This document shows positions 48,710-58,980 of a stretch of DNA of 64,000 nt, piece by piece. Positions within the stretch are counted from its first letter, which is position 1, and each line of letters starts with the position of its first letter. The notes beneath the pieces are model-generated. The model did not search any database, had not been told where the DNA came from, and saw nothing but the letters and a program-made list of their open reading frames with translations. The translations under genes were made by a program, and so were the position numbers. Source of the DNA: Myxococcales bacterium (GTDB lineage Bacteria; Desulfobacterota; Binatia; HRBIN30); the NCBI GenBank assembly GCA_037445065.1, contig JBBILD010000002.1, positions 96,001 through 160,000 on the forward strand, read 5' to 3'.

Positions 48710-49152
48710 TGGTGCCGAAGAACTTTCTTTTGCGGCGCGGCGAGTTGGAGCCGGCACGACCTGCCAAAGCCGGGGGGTGGCACCGCCGCCTTCTGCTTAT
48801 GTGTTCGGTGTGCTCGCTCGCCCTGGCGCCGCCGGCTTGGTGGCTTCGATGCACTGTGGCGGATGCCGTGCGTTCTGGTCTCGTGGGCGTGGCCCAGGCA
48901 GAGAGCACGGCGGAACCGCGAGTCGGGGAGCAGCCGGCAGAAATTGAGCCTGTCAGGCCGGGCGGGGGCGAGGGGCCAGCGCGACCGCTTCCGAGAGAAA
49001 TGACCATCTGCCAGGGGGCGTCTGGATGTTGGTCGGAACTCGATCCTGCAAGCTGTAGAGCGCAGGGAGGGAGAGTGTTCCGCACCCTGCCAGTGGATGA
49101 GTCGCCTTCGCTCCCCGAGGCGTTGCGCGAGTGTGTTGATGCGTCGCGTTGA
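48709..49152 (+). CDS. Hypothetical protein with hydrophobic segment and Cys-containing C-terminus
   Basis: TGATG overlap with the upstream stop; ICQGASGCW...SCRAQGG...EC. Confidence 0.45.
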   Translation: MVPKNFLLRRGELEPARPAKAGGWHRRLLLMCSVCSLALAPPAWWLRCTVADAVRSGLVGVAQAESTAEPRVGEQPAEIEPVRPGGGEGPARPLPREMTICQGASGCWSELDPASCRAQGGRVFRTLPVDESPSLPEALRECVDASR

Positions 49153-49208
49153 AGGGGCGCGGTATGGTTGTGGCCGTCGTCCCACTCCGCTGGCCAAGGC
49201 GGCGGTGC

Positions 49209-50981
49209 TCACCCCAGTAACGTGCCCGGCGGCTGCGCCGGTAACTTCACGGTAAATGTGGAGCCTCTTCCAACCTCACTTTCCACGTGAATCTCGGCAC
49301 CCAGCAACTCTGCGAAGCGGTGTACTAAGTAGAGGCCCAAGCCGGCGCCGGGTGGGTCTTCATTGCCCCGTTCGCGGAGCTGGTGGAAGGGCCGAAAAAT
49401 ATTCTCGAGTTCCGCGTTCGGAATGCCCCGGCCGCTGTCTGACACAGAGATTTCCACGCCAGGGTAACTACGCCGGGCTCGGACCCGAACGTAGCCTTGG
49501 TCGGTATATTTTACTGCGTTCGACAAGAGATTGCGCACGATGACCTTCACCTTTGTTGCGTCGGTGTAAAGAGCCGGTAAGTCTGGCTCGATGTCCCACT
49601 CGATACGGACGCCCGATTTCTGGAGTTCGGCCGTGCCTTGTCGAATTTCCTCTAGCACAGCGCCGGGTTGCACCACTTCCAACTTGACCAGGGCTTGGCC
49701 ACTTTCGATCCGGCTTACATCCAAGGCGGAATTCACCAGCTCCAAGAGTTCTCTGGCCCGCAGGTTCATCCTTTCAAGGATTGCCCTTTGCTCCGGAACC
49801 AGCGGCCCGAAGGTTCCTTCCGCGAGCAAACCGGCGTATCCCATGATTGCGTTCAGGGGGTTGCGCAGTTCGTGTGACATGGTTGCCACAAAATCCGCGC
49901 GTAACCGATCCACCTCGCGGAGTTTCTCGATCGTGTTGCGCCGTTCTTCTTCGTCGCGGTGTCGTTCGGTAACGTCTTGGCACATGGACAGCACCCCGAA
50001 GAACGAGCCGTCGGCGTCGCGTAGCGCTACAATGCTCCACTCGCAGATAATTCGGCGTCCGTCTTTTGTCAGGTTTTCCGATCTCACTGGACCGATGTTG
50101 CCTACCCGCGCGGTGAGTTCGATCCCGCGACGAGAGAGGTCTCGAAGGTGTGGGGGCGTGATGACTTCGAACACAGTCTTGCCAAGCACTTCTTCGGCAC
50201 CGTAGCCAAAAATGCTCTCGGCGGCGCGGTTCCAGTAAATGTACCGGTTCTCCCGGTCGCTTACGACGCAAGCTGCGGGCATGTGATCCAAAAGCAACTG
50301 CAGTCGCCCCAGAGTTACGTCACGAATGAGCGCGTGGCGCACGAGTTCTAATCTTTGCCAGGCAACGGCACGGATGCCGAGGATGGAGAAACCCCCGGCG
50401 ATGAACGGCAGTGCATACAGATGCAGGCGGTGGGTTTCCAAAGCGTAGCGGACCGAGTAAGGGAGGCAGATCCCATAAAAAAGCAGAGCACCGCACACGG
50501 AGACCCACTGGTATCGTGGTCGCCACGGCACAAAGGCCGCAACGGCTAACAGCTTGACAGCCACGAATCCGGCGATTCCTGACGGGTGTGTGTCGGGTCC
50601 CAGCAGTTGGGCGCAGAGGGCACCGGTATAGACGAGGTCGGCAGCCAAGAAGGCGGTTTCAACGTGCGCCTGCAGCCGCGTTTTCAGCACGCCGAGGAGA
50701 AACAACGGCACGGTACATTGAACCACGTACAGAGGCCACACCGATAGGGCCTGGCCGGGGCGAACCCAGAGTTGTGCCAGCGCATACGCAGCGGTAATCG
50801 TGGCCGCGCTCCACGCAATCGGCGGGATCGCGGCAGCCATGGCCTCGCGCTGGATTTTGCGAGCGAGAGACTCCCAGCCACGGGTGGGCTCCGCAAGGGG
50901 GGCTAAAGGCGAATCGATGAGGTAACCAAAAATCGCGCGCTCTCGCTGCAACAGGGTGTCGAGCCAACGTGTTGCGATCAA
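49209..50981 (-). CDS. Membrane sensor histidine kinase (multi-TM, PAS, HisKA, HATPase)
   Basis: WNRAAESIFGY PAS; MSHELRNPLN; NLLSNAVKYT; DSGRGI; GAGLGL. Confidence 0.93.
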   Translation of the reverse strand: MIATRWLDTLLQRERAIFGYLIDSPLAPLAEPTRGWESLARKIQREAMAAAIPPIAWSAATITAAYALAQLWVRPGQALSVWPLYVVQCTVPLFLLGVLKTRLQAHVETAFLAADLVYTGALCAQLLGPDTHPSGIAGFVAVKLLAVAAFVPWRPRYQWVSVCGALLFYGICLPYSVRYALETHRLHLYALPFIAGGFSILGIRAVAWQRLELVRHALIRDVTLGRLQLLLDHMPAACVVSDRENRYIYWNRAAESIFGYGAEEVLGKTVFEVITPPHLRDLSRRGIELTARVGNIGPVRSENLTKDGRRIICEWSIVALRDADGSFFGVLSMCQDVTERHRDEEERRNTIEKLREVDRLRADFVATMSHELRNPLNAIMGYAGLLAEGTFGPLVPEQRAILERMNLRARELLELVNSALDVSRIESGQALVKLEVVQPGAVLEEIRQGTAELQKSGVRIEWDIEPDLPALYTDATKVKVIVRNLLSNAVKYTDQGYVRVRARRSYPGVEISVSDSGRGIPNAELENIFRPFHQLRERGNEDPPGAGLGLYLVHRFAELLGAEIHVESEVGRGSTFTVKLPAQPPGTLLG

Positions 50982-51190
50982 GTCTGTGGTCCCCCGAGAG
51001 CCGGTGGCAGTTGCCGACCCGCCGCTCTCACCATCTTGACTACACTACGGCGAATCTCGCACACAAGTGCATCTGCGCCCGCTGGTTGCTCCGGATCCGT
51101 CGCCGCTGGCGACGGTTTACGACCTTAGCTTGCCCTGTGAGGCGATTTTGCTTTCCCGACGAGTGCCAAATCGTTACAGGCCTCACCGGG

Positions 51191-52546
51191 ATGGAGAAGC
51201 AACTGCCGGTACGTACCAAGATCTTGTACGGGGTAGGGGAACTGGCCGTGAGCGCCAAGAACGCCACGTTGAACCAGTACTTGCTCTTCTTCTACGTGGA
51301 TGTCCTCAGGGTTTCTCCGGTGCTGGTGGGTGGCGCCCTGTTTCTGGGGAGGCTGTGGGACGCGGTTACGGATCCTTTGGTCGGATACGTGTCCGACACC
51401 ACCCGCTCCCGCTTTGGGCGCCGCAAGCCTTATTTGCTTGCCTCGGCGCTTCCCCTCGGAGTGCTTTTGTTCTTTCTTTTTGCGCCGCCCGTGCAGAGCC
51501 CCTGGCTCACTGCCGTTTATCTTGCCTGCGCGTACATCCTCTTGATGACGGCCTTCACGTTCTTTGCGACTCCGTATCTAGCCTTGGGAGCTGAACTGAC
51601 CGACGACCCGCACGAGCGCACCACCGTGGTTCAAGTGCGCAGCCTGTTCGGCGTTCTTGGCAGCATGATAGGAGGAGTGCTGCCGCTCACCATTGTCCAT
51701 CAGTTCGAAGCGCCGAGAACAGGCTTTGCGGTCATGGGTGCGTTGCTCGGCTCGTTGCTCTCAGCAACGGCCTTGGTGAGTGCGCTGGGTGTGCGCGAGA
51801 ACAGGCGCAGCAGGCCGCCGAAGGCCAGTTTGGCGCACTTTCGCAAGGGACTCGGGCACACGCTGCGCAATCGTGAGTTCCGGATCGTGTTTGGTACGTT
51901 TTGCTTGATGACGGTGGCACTTTCGCTGGGAAACTCCTTGCAGATTTTTGTGGTCAAGTACTGGCTGGGACTTTACCAGTACTTCCCGTGGATCGTGGCT
52001 GTGTTCGCGTTGAGCTTTGTTGCCTCCTTCCCTTTTTGGGCTCACCTCTCACGCCGAGTCGGGAAAAGGCAAACGATGCGCTTTGGTTTGTTCCTGGGCT
52101 GTTTTATTCCACTGGGGTGGCTCCTGCTCCCGCCGTACGACCTTTCTGCCATGCTCGGGTTTGCGAGTGTGGGGGGATTCTCGACCGGATCGGTGACGGT
52201 CGTCATTTCGTCCGCCATGGATGCGGTGGACCTGGATGAGTGGAACACCGGTGAACGCCGAGAAGGCGCATACTTCGGGATTTGGACCTTGGGACTGAAG
52301 AGTGCCGCAGCGATCGGCGCATTGTTGGGCGGTGTGCTCCTGCGGCTGGTGGGATTCGAGTCCGAAGGCAACCCGGCGCCGGAAGCGATTCGGTGGCTTT
52401 TGCTGATTCTCGGGCCGCTGCAAGCAAGCGCCCACTTGTTCGGACTTGTGGCGCTCCGAAACTTCCAGATTGACAGCCACGTTTTGCAGGAAGTTCGTTT
52501 GCGCCTCTCGCAACGACGCGCTGCGGACGCAACAGCAGCCTCTTGA
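51191..52546 (+). CDS. MFS transporter, GPH (glycoside-pentoside-hexuronide:cation symporter) family
   Basis: WDAVTDPLVGYVSDTTRSRFGRRKPY, PYLALGAELT...ERT, DLDEWNTGERREGAYFG. Confidence 0.92.
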   Translation: MEKQLPVRTKILYGVGELAVSAKNATLNQYLLFFYVDVLRVSPVLVGGALFLGRLWDAVTDPLVGYVSDTTRSRFGRRKPYLLASALPLGVLLFFLFAPPVQSPWLTAVYLACAYILLMTAFTFFATPYLALGAELTDDPHERTTVVQVRSLFGVLGSMIGGVLPLTIVHQFEAPRTGFAVMGALLGSLLSATALVSALGVRENRRSRPPKASLAHFRKGLGHTLRNREFRIVFGTFCLMTVALSLGNSLQIFVVKYWLGLYQYFPWIVAVFALSFVASFPFWAHLSRRVGKRQTMRFGLFLGCFIPLGWLLLPPYDLSAMLGFASVGGFSTGSVTVVISSAMDAVDLDEWNTGERREGAYFGIWTLGLKSAAAIGALLGGVLLRLVGFESEGNPAPEAIRWLLLILGPLQASAHLFGLVALRNFQIDSHVLQEVRLRLSQRRAADATAAS

Positions 52547-52647
52547 AAATGACCAACGCGGGCGACCAGGGGCGCCAGCGGCCGTTTCCCATTTGGCCGT
52601 AGCGCTGCGTATCGGTGTGGCAAGCTTCGCGCCGTGGGCCCCGGTGC

Positions 52648-54249
52648 TCAGAGCGCCTCTTCGTAGAAGAACGCCATACTACTCCCCAGCGCCACGATCA
52701 GGGCCGGCCATACGTGCTTCCAGCCGTGCTCGGGCAGCAAGCGTCGGAGCATGAGCCAGCGAATCGTGCCGGCAAGGAGGCCGATGGTTCCCATGATCGC
52801 GTGTTGTACGTTGATCAGGTTCGTCAGTTCTTGAGTGCTTCGCACCGAGGCGTGAGCGTGACCCAACAGGAGCAAGCTACCAGCAATCATCAGAAGCGGT
52901 AGCGCTGATCCTAAAGGACGCTCGGAGCGGGGCCGCTTGTGGTCTCTCCACCCCAGCCAAACCAGCACCAGAACCATCAAAGCACCGATTTGATGTTCCA
53001 CCACCACAGGGTCGCTGATTGCCTCCCGCAGAGAGACCCGGCGTAAGACGAAGACTTCCGGGTCGGCGAAGTAAGAGATAAAGACGGCAAACGGAACCAA
53101 CAGTGCCGGCCAAATCCGGTTGGCCCAATTTGCCAGTTGATTGTCCAAGGACTGTAGCCACCAGGCAACGCCCATGAGAATTACGAAGACACCTGCCCAC
53201 TGGTGCATGAACTCCGAGTATTGGAGATCGAAGAGATTTCGGTCTGCCGCCCCGACGAAGGCATTGGGATCGACGAATTCGCCTGGCGGCAGGCCAGGTC
53301 GTAAGATGGCTGTGAGTTGTTGGTCGTTCAGGGTGACAGCGCCGTCGTTCCACGGTGGCGAGACCGAGCCCACGATTCCTGCCACGACCACGACCAGCAG
53401 GCCAGCAGTGACCTCCAATTCCAGGGTGCGGCGAAAGCGGGCGAGAGTGACTTCTTGGGCTGCCGATGTTGCGACCAGCGCAGGCACGATCCAGCGGAAG
53501 TTGTGATAGCCAGCCCACAGAACGGGAAGCAACAACGTTAGTTTCAGCAATAAGCTGAGGCCATATGCGGACAGCAGGAGGTCACGCAGGGAGGGAACAA
53601 AACGCACCGCTGCGAGGAGGCCACTGGCGAACACAAGCGTAGCGACCAATAGCGCCCAGGGGGAAAAACGGCGGAGCAGAGCGACACGGAACGCCGCACA
53701 GCCAGCCCCTGCGGCGAGGAACCGATCGCGGAGAAGCCACCAGTGGAACAAAACCCCCATCCAACTGGAGACGGCGAGCAAGTGAAGCACCTGGAGGGTA
53801 AGGGCCAAGGTACGGTCGTATGGAAGGGCAGCAGCGTGACTCACCGCTGCGGTGGCCAGGAGCGCACCGAGCGAGGCAGGGAGCCCGAAGGGCCATGCTA
53901 GCTGCAAGGGCAGGCAAAACGCGCCCGCCGCTAGTAGGAGGCTGGCGATGCGCGCGAGAGCCAGGTGTCCCACCGTCGTGGAGGAAAGAAACTCTACGAC
54001 GCCAGCGATCGGAACTCCTCCGAACACGGTTTGCCCCGAGGTTTCTGCGACCTGGACGAAAACGTCCAAGCTCGCGGCCAGGGCGGCAACACAAGCAGCT
54101 CTGCGGCTGACCCGCAGCCCCGCCCTTTCCCAAGCGAGAATGGGCGCAGGACGCCCCAAGCCGCGGGCCAGCACCAGCCAGTGAATTGGCCCAGCGATCG
54201 CGATCAGGAGCCCGAGCAGTTGGAGGCCGTGAAGAAGTGAGTGTTCCAC
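52648..54249 (-). CDS. copD: CopD-family copper transport protein with extra His-bearing C-terminal membrane domain
   Basis: SHAAA, LHLLAVSSWMG, RFS, YGLSLLLK, LEVTAG; downstream of copC. Confidence 0.8.
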   Translation of the reverse strand: MEHSLLHGLQLLGLLIAIAGPIHWLVLARGLGRPAPILAWERAGLRVSRRAACVAALAASLDVFVQVAETSGQTVFGGVPIAGVVEFLSSTTVGHLALARIASLLLAAGAFCLPLQLAWPFGLPASLGALLATAAVSHAAALPYDRTLALTLQVLHLLAVSSWMGVLFHWWLLRDRFLAAGAGCAAFRVALLRRFSPWALLVATLVFASGLLAAVRFVPSLRDLLLSAYGLSLLLKLTLLLPVLWAGYHNFRWIVPALVATSAAQEVTLARFRRTLELEVTAGLLVVVVAGIVGSVSPPWNDGAVTLNDQQLTAILRPGLPPGEFVDPNAFVGAADRNLFDLQYSEFMHQWAGVFVILMGVAWWLQSLDNQLANWANRIWPALLVPFAVFISYFADPEVFVLRRVSLREAISDPVVVEHQIGALMVLVLVWLGWRDHKRPRSERPLGSALPLLMIAGSLLLLGHAHASVRSTQELTNLINVQHAIMGTIGLLAGTIRWLMLRRLLPEHGWKHVWPALIVALGSSMAFFYEEAL

Positions 54250-54283
54250 GATCCGCGACCAGAGAAGCCTTTCGTCAACGCGA

Positions 54284-54679
54284 CTACGGACCCTTGGTGA
54301 CTCGGAACGAGATTCGACCAGGAGCGGTGTGCCCGTCGCGCGAGAGCACCCGGTATTCCACCACGTAGTCGCCGGGCGGTAGCGGCTTGAGCTGGACGCG
54401 CAAATGCGTGCGGTCCTCTGGATCCACCTCAGCCGGACCGACGATGAAGTTGGCGCGCTGCTTCTTGCCGCGTTCCGCCGCAGGATAGACCTCGATCGAG
54501 TGGAAACCGCGGTCCAGAAGTTCGTTGAACCACAAATGAACCGACCGTGGCGCTTCCGCCAGCACGGCCTCGTTCTTTGGTTCGGAGCGAAGCAGACGAG
54601 CGTGCGCCCACACCTGCTTCGGGTCGCAAGTGAAAAGCATAGCGAGCGCGATCAAGGCAATGAAGCCCCGCCGGATCAT
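54284..54679 (-). CDS. copC: CopC periplasmic copper-binding protein
   Basis: Signal peptide, mature N-terminus [18 protein letters not shown]. Confidence 0.9.
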   Translation of the reverse strand: MIRRGFIALIALAMLFTCDPKQVWAHARLLRSEPKNEAVLAEAPRSVHLWFNELLDRGFHSIEVYPAAERGKKQRANFIVGPAEVDPEDRTHLRVQLKPLPPGDYVVEYRVLSRDGHTAPGRISFRVTKGP

Positions 54680-55935
54680 GGTACCATGAAGAGTGCCTCG
54701 TAACCGATCGGGAACTTCTGACACAGAGAGATCACGTCGTCGGCGACCGAGCGAAGGGCCTGCTCATTGCCAACGTTCTGCAGTGCTCGTGCAATGAGGT
54801 CTGCAATCACGCGCATTTCTGATTCCTTCATGCCGCGGCTGGTTACCGCCGGGGTTCCGATGCGAATACCACTGGTCACGAAAGGCGAGCGCGTTTCGAA
54901 GGGAACCGTGTTCTTGTTCACCGTGATGTGTGCCCGGTCTAGGGTCTCTTGCGCGAGCTTCCCGGTGAGTTCCGTCGGTCGCAGGTCAATGAGCATCAGG
55001 TGATTGTCCGTGCCGCCAGAGACGGCCCGGAACCCATGCTTTTGCAGGGCTTCGCACAACGCCTTCGCGTTGCTCACGATCTGTCGCTGGTAACTGCGGA
55101 ACTCCTCGCTCAGCGCTTCCCGAAAGGCCACGGCCTTGGCTGCGATCACGTGCATCAGCGGCCCACCCTGGTTGCCGGGGAACACGGACGAAGCGATGGA
55201 CTTGGCGTAGGCTTCCTTGCACATGATCATGCCACCGCGCGGCCCGCGTAACGTTTTGTGGGTCGTGGTCGTGACAAATTCGCAGTGGGGAACGGGTGAG
55301 GGATGAATGCCGGCTGCGACCAGTCCAGCGAAGTGCGCGATATCCGCCATGACCACAGCTCCGACTTCGTCGGCGATCGCGCGAAAGCGCTCGAAGTCGA
55401 GTACCCGAGGGTAAGCGCTATATCCGACCACGATCATGCGCGGCCGGTTGCGGCGGGCAAGTTCGGCCACTTCGTCGTAGTCAATCCGCTCGGTTTCCTT
55501 ACTGACCCCGTAGGGGACAACACGGAAGAAGCGGCCCGAAAAGTTCACCGGACTACCGTGGGTCAGATGGCCGCCGTGACTCAGGTCCATGGCCAAAATC
55601 GTATCCCCGGGCTGCAGTTGGGAAAAATAAACCGCCATGTTGGCTTGTGAGCCAGAGTGCGGTTGAACGTTAATGTAGTCAGCGCCGAACAGTTGGCGTG
55701 CTCGGTCAATGGCAAGCTGTTCGGCGATGTCTACGAACTCGCAGCCTCCGTAGTAGCGCTTGCCTGGGTAGCCTTCTGCGTACTTGTTGGTAAGGATCGA
55801 GCCCTGGGCTTCCAAAACCGCGCGGCTGACGATGTTCTCGGAGGCAATCAGCTCGAGCGTGTACTCTTGTCGCCGGGCCTCGTCACGCAAGACGCGGTAG
55901 ATCTCTGGGTCCACGCGCGCGAGTTCGGAAATCAT
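54676..55935 (-). CDS. glyA: Serine hydroxymethyltransferase
   Basis: [41 protein letters not shown]. Confidence 0.98.
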   Translation of the reverse strand: MISELARVDPEIYRVLRDEARRQEYTLELIASENIVSRAVLEAQGSILTNKYAEGYPGKRYYGGCEFVDIAEQLAIDRARQLFGADYINVQPHSGSQANMAVYFSQLQPGDTILAMDLSHGGHLTHGSPVNFSGRFFRVVPYGVSKETERIDYDEVAELARRNRPRMIVVGYSAYPRVLDFERFRAIADEVGAVVMADIAHFAGLVAAGIHPSPVPHCEFVTTTTHKTLRGPRGGMIMCKEAYAKSIASSVFPGNQGGPLMHVIAAKAVAFREALSEEFRSYQRQIVSNAKALCEALQKHGFRAVSGGTDNHLMLIDLRPTELTGKLAQETLDRAHITVNKNTVPFETRSPFVTSGIRIGTPAVTSRGMKESEMRVIADLIARALQNVGNEQALRSVADDVISLCQKFPIGYEALFMVP

Positions 55936-56177
55936 TTGTCCTCCCGGTGCGCTTCGATGTAGTCAATGGCGTCTTGAACCGTGCGGATCTTTTCTGCCTC
56001 CTCATCGCTGATCTCGATGTCGTACTCTTCCTCGAGAGCCATGATTAACTCGACGATGTCGAGGGAATCGGCACCGAGATCCTCCATGAACGAGGCTGAG
56101 GGGGTGACTTCCTCTTCACTGAGGCCCAACTGCTCCGCCACAATCTCTCTCACTTTCGCCTCGACGGAAACTCCCAT
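55932..56177 (-). CDS. acpP: Acyl carrier protein
   Basis: [18 protein letters not shown]. Confidence 0.97.
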   Translation of the reverse strand: MGVSVEAKVREIVAEQLGLSEEEVTPSASFMEDLGADSLDIVELIMALEEEYDIEISDEEAEKIRTVQDAIDYIEAHREDK

Positions 56178-56265
56178 GGACTACCTCCTCCTTGCTCGAA
56201 CCAAGCGCACAGCGCAGTGTGCGAGTTTTTTTCCCGAACGGTGCTCTCTGTTATCCAGATCGAGC

Positions 56266-57015
56266 TCACATGTACAGGCCGCCATTGATACCCAGCACCT
56301 GGCCAGTAACGTAGGCGGCCTCGGGCCGAGCCAAGAAAGCCACCGCTTCCGCAACTTCTTCGGGGCGCCCAAAACGCCCGAGTGGAATAAGGCGGAGGTA
56401 TTCTTCTTGCCGCGGCGCCGGTAAAGAGCGCACCATGTCGGTTTCGATAAAACCGGGGGCTACGGCGTTCACGGTAATGTTCCGCGACGCCACCTCACGA
56501 GCCAAAGACCGCGTGAACCCTTCGAGCCCCGCTTTGGCAGCCGAGTACGCCGCCTGTCCAGCATTGCCCAAGTGGGCCACGGCCGAACTCACGTTGACGA
56601 TGCGCCCGTAACGGGCGCGCAACATCGCCGGCAGAATGGCCTTGGTACAGAAAAACGCCCCGGTGAGATTTACCCGCAAAGCCCGATCCCACTGCTGCTC
56701 TTTCAGGCGCAGCACGAGCTGGTCGGCGGTCACCCCCGCGTTGTTGACTAAAATGTCGCAACGGCCGAGCCGCTCGAGCAAGCTCGTGCAGGCGGCCCGC
56801 ACGGCATCCGCCTCACCGACATCGAAGCTGCAAATCTCGCCTTGTCCTCCGGCGGCCTCGATTTCCGCGAGAGTGGCGCGAGCACCCTCCTCATTGCGAG
56901 CGAAGTGAACGACGACATACGCGCCATCCCGTGCAAGCCGGCAAGCGACCGCTCGCCCGATTCCCCCAGAGGCACCAGTGACGAGAGCCACCTGACGTTG
57001 GAGTTCCGCGCTCAT
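56266..57015 (-). CDS. fabG: 3-oxoacyl-ACP reductase
   Basis: TGASGGIG, NNAG, GNAGQAAYSAAKAG, VAPGFIETDM; ATGA overlap with fabD. Confidence 0.95.
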   Translation of the reverse strand: MSAELQRQVALVTGASGGIGRAVACRLARDGAYVVVHFARNEEGARATLAEIEAAGGQGEICSFDVGEADAVRAACTSLLERLGRCDILVNNAGVTADQLVLRLKEQQWDRALRVNLTGAFFCTKAILPAMLRARYGRIVNVSSAVAHLGNAGQAAYSAAKAGLEGFTRSLAREVASRNITVNAVAPGFIETDMVRSLPAPRQEEYLRLIPLGRFGRPEEVAEAVAFLARPEAAYVTGQVLGINGGLYM

Positions 57016-57959
57016 GAGGCCGGCACTCCTTGTTGGAGCGCTTCCCAATCTTCCCCCGCATAGCAGGGAAAAGTAGGCACAATGCGACGTACCAAACCGC
57101 GCAACACGTGGCCGGGTCCTACTTCGATCGCTGCGGCAGGACGGTAGGACCCGACCAAATTTCGCACGGACTGCTCCCAAAGGACCGGGCGGGTAACCTG
57201 CTCCCGCAACAAGGTGCGGATTCCGGTTTCGTCCTGCGGGTACGGACTGGCCGTTGCGTTCGCGAGCACGGGAAAGCGCGGTGGGCGAATGGTGCATTGT
57301 GCCAGGGCAGCGGCGACGCGCTCGGCTGCCGGAGCCATTAGCGAACAGTGAAATGGAGCACTCACGGCAAGAGGCACGACCCGCTTTGCTTTCGCGGAAC
57401 GCGCTCGGCTTGCAAAGCGTTCGAGCGCCGTTTGCGTTCCAGCGACCACGATTTGGCCGCCGCCGTTGAAGTTTGCCGGGGCCAGCACCTCGCTACCGGC
57501 CGCTTCGTCACAGAGTGCCGCCACTTGCTCAGCACTCAAGCCGAGCACAGCGACCATTCCGCCCTCCCCCACGGGAACCGCCTCTTGCATTGCCCGTCCG
57601 CGCTCGCGCACCACACGCAAGGCATCGGCAAAGCTCAAAACGCCTGCGCACACAAGAGCGCTAAACTCCCCGAGGCTGTGACCGGCTGCGCAAGAAGGCT
57701 GAAGTCCGAGTTCCTCTTCGAGAACTCGTGCCATCGCTGTGCTCACAGTGAGCAAAGCGGGTTGCGCATTTTCGGTTAGCCGCAGCTCGTCTTCAGGTCC
57801 CTCGAAGCAGAGCCGGCTGAGCGGGAAATCGAGGGTCGCGTCCGCTTCGTCGAACACCTCTCGGGCGCGAGGAAATGCCCGGAAAAACGACAGCCCCATG
57901 CCGGCGTACTGGGAGCCTTGGCCAGGAAATAGGAAGGCGAGACCCATGCGCGGCGTCAA
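57012..57959 (-). CDS. fabD: Malonyl-CoA:ACP transacylase (alternative ATG at 57947)
   Basis: FPGQGSQ, QPAL, GHSLGE, VSAPFH. Confidence 0.96.
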   Translation of the reverse strand: MTPRMGLAFLFPGQGSQYAGMGLSFFRAFPRAREVFDEADATLDFPLSRLCFEGPEDELRLTENAQPALLTVSTAMARVLEEELGLQPSCAAGHSLGEFSALVCAGVLSFADALRVVRERGRAMQEAVPVGEGGMVAVLGLSAEQVAALCDEAAGSEVLAPANFNGGGQIVVAGTQTALERFASRARSAKAKRVVPLAVSAPFHCSLMAPAAERVAAALAQCTIRPPRFPVLANATASPYPQDETGIRTLLREQVTRPVLWEQSVRNLVGSYRPAAAIEVGPGHVLRGLVRRIVPTFPCYAGEDWEALQQGVPAS

Positions 57960-58138
57960 TCAGCGCTGAGATCGAGCACCTTTCTTCCCTTGTACATGCC
58001 GCAGGAGGGACAAGCACGGTGTGGCATTTTCGGCTCATCGCACTCCGGGCAAAGCGTCCACGCCGGGGGCACGAGGGCGTCGTGAGCGCGGCGCTTGTTG
58101 CGCTTCGAACGTGAGGTCTTGCGTTTTGGGACAGCCAT
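57956..58138 (-). CDS. rpmF: 50S ribosomal protein L32
   Basis: MAVPKRKTS...RRAH, CxxC...HRACxxCG.Y. Confidence 0.97.
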   Translation of the reverse strand: MAVPKRKTSRSKRNKRRAHDALVPPAWTLCPECDEPKMPHRACPSCGMYKGRKVLDLSAD

Positions 58139-58202
58139 TCACCGACTCCTTCGGGTGATTTGTCGCGGTTCTCCAGGAACGAGAACCACAAAGAAAGCCC
58201 TT

Positions 58203-58733
58203 CTATAGATTGGGCTTGAGCTGGCGCAAGACCGCAAAGCGGGGGTCGCCCAGTTCGGGTTTGCAATCGCAGGTCTCGCAGTTGCGGTTCGCTCCGCACT
58301 GCGGGCATAGGCCGCGGCACTCCTCGCTGCAGAGAGGTCGGGTCGGGAGGGCAAGAATGATTTGTTCGTCCACCAATGGGGAAAGGTCAATTTCGTCGCC
58401 CTGGTAGTACACCAGGTCCAAATCCTCTTCCGTCAGTTCCATGCGCGCCGGCAGGCGTTCCTGGGGTACCAAGACCAGCGAGAAGTCTTTTCGCAGATCG
58501 AAAGTGTACGACTCCAGGCACCGGGCACAATGGCCGATTACCCGACTAAGCACAGTCCCCCACAAGAAGATCTCTGCACCGGAGCGGTAATACTGCGCAT
58601 CCACTGCAGCGTTGCCAAGCAGTTCGTAATCACGTACGCCACCGTGAACCAGGCGTGCGTTGAGGAGGGCGGTGGGTTCCTCGTAGGTGACGCGCTGGGT
58701 ACTCTCGTCAATATCTTGCAGAAGGAGTTTCAC
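58203..58733 (-). CDS. YceD/DUF177 protein
   Basis: CARCL, LCSEECRGLCPQCG.N.N, DPRFAVL; upstream of rpmF. Confidence 0.93.
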   Translation of the reverse strand: MKLLLQDIDESTQRVTYEEPTALLNARLVHGGVRDYELLGNAAVDAQYYRSGAEIFLWGTVLSRVIGHCARCLESYTFDLRKDFSLVLVPQERLPARMELTEEDLDLVYYQGDEIDLSPLVDEQIILALPTRPLCSEECRGLCPQCGANRNCETCDCKPELGDPRFAVLRQLKPNL

Positions 58734-58980
58734 TGTAACCCACCCGTGATTCGCGAAATGGTACGTTCAATGGCGGCGCGGCGACGTTGCCGTAGCGGAT
58801 CGCGCTCAGCGAATCAAGCGCATTGTCTTTGATTCTAAGCACTTACGTGGGCTTGAGCCCGTGGGCCTCGAGGCCGCCGATCTACCCTGGGGCAGGTACC
58901 TGGCCGTTGCCGCAGTGGAGCCGCGCGCAAGCTGCGGTTGAGTGCAGCACTGGCTTCCTGGTAAACGCGGCCGGATCGGT

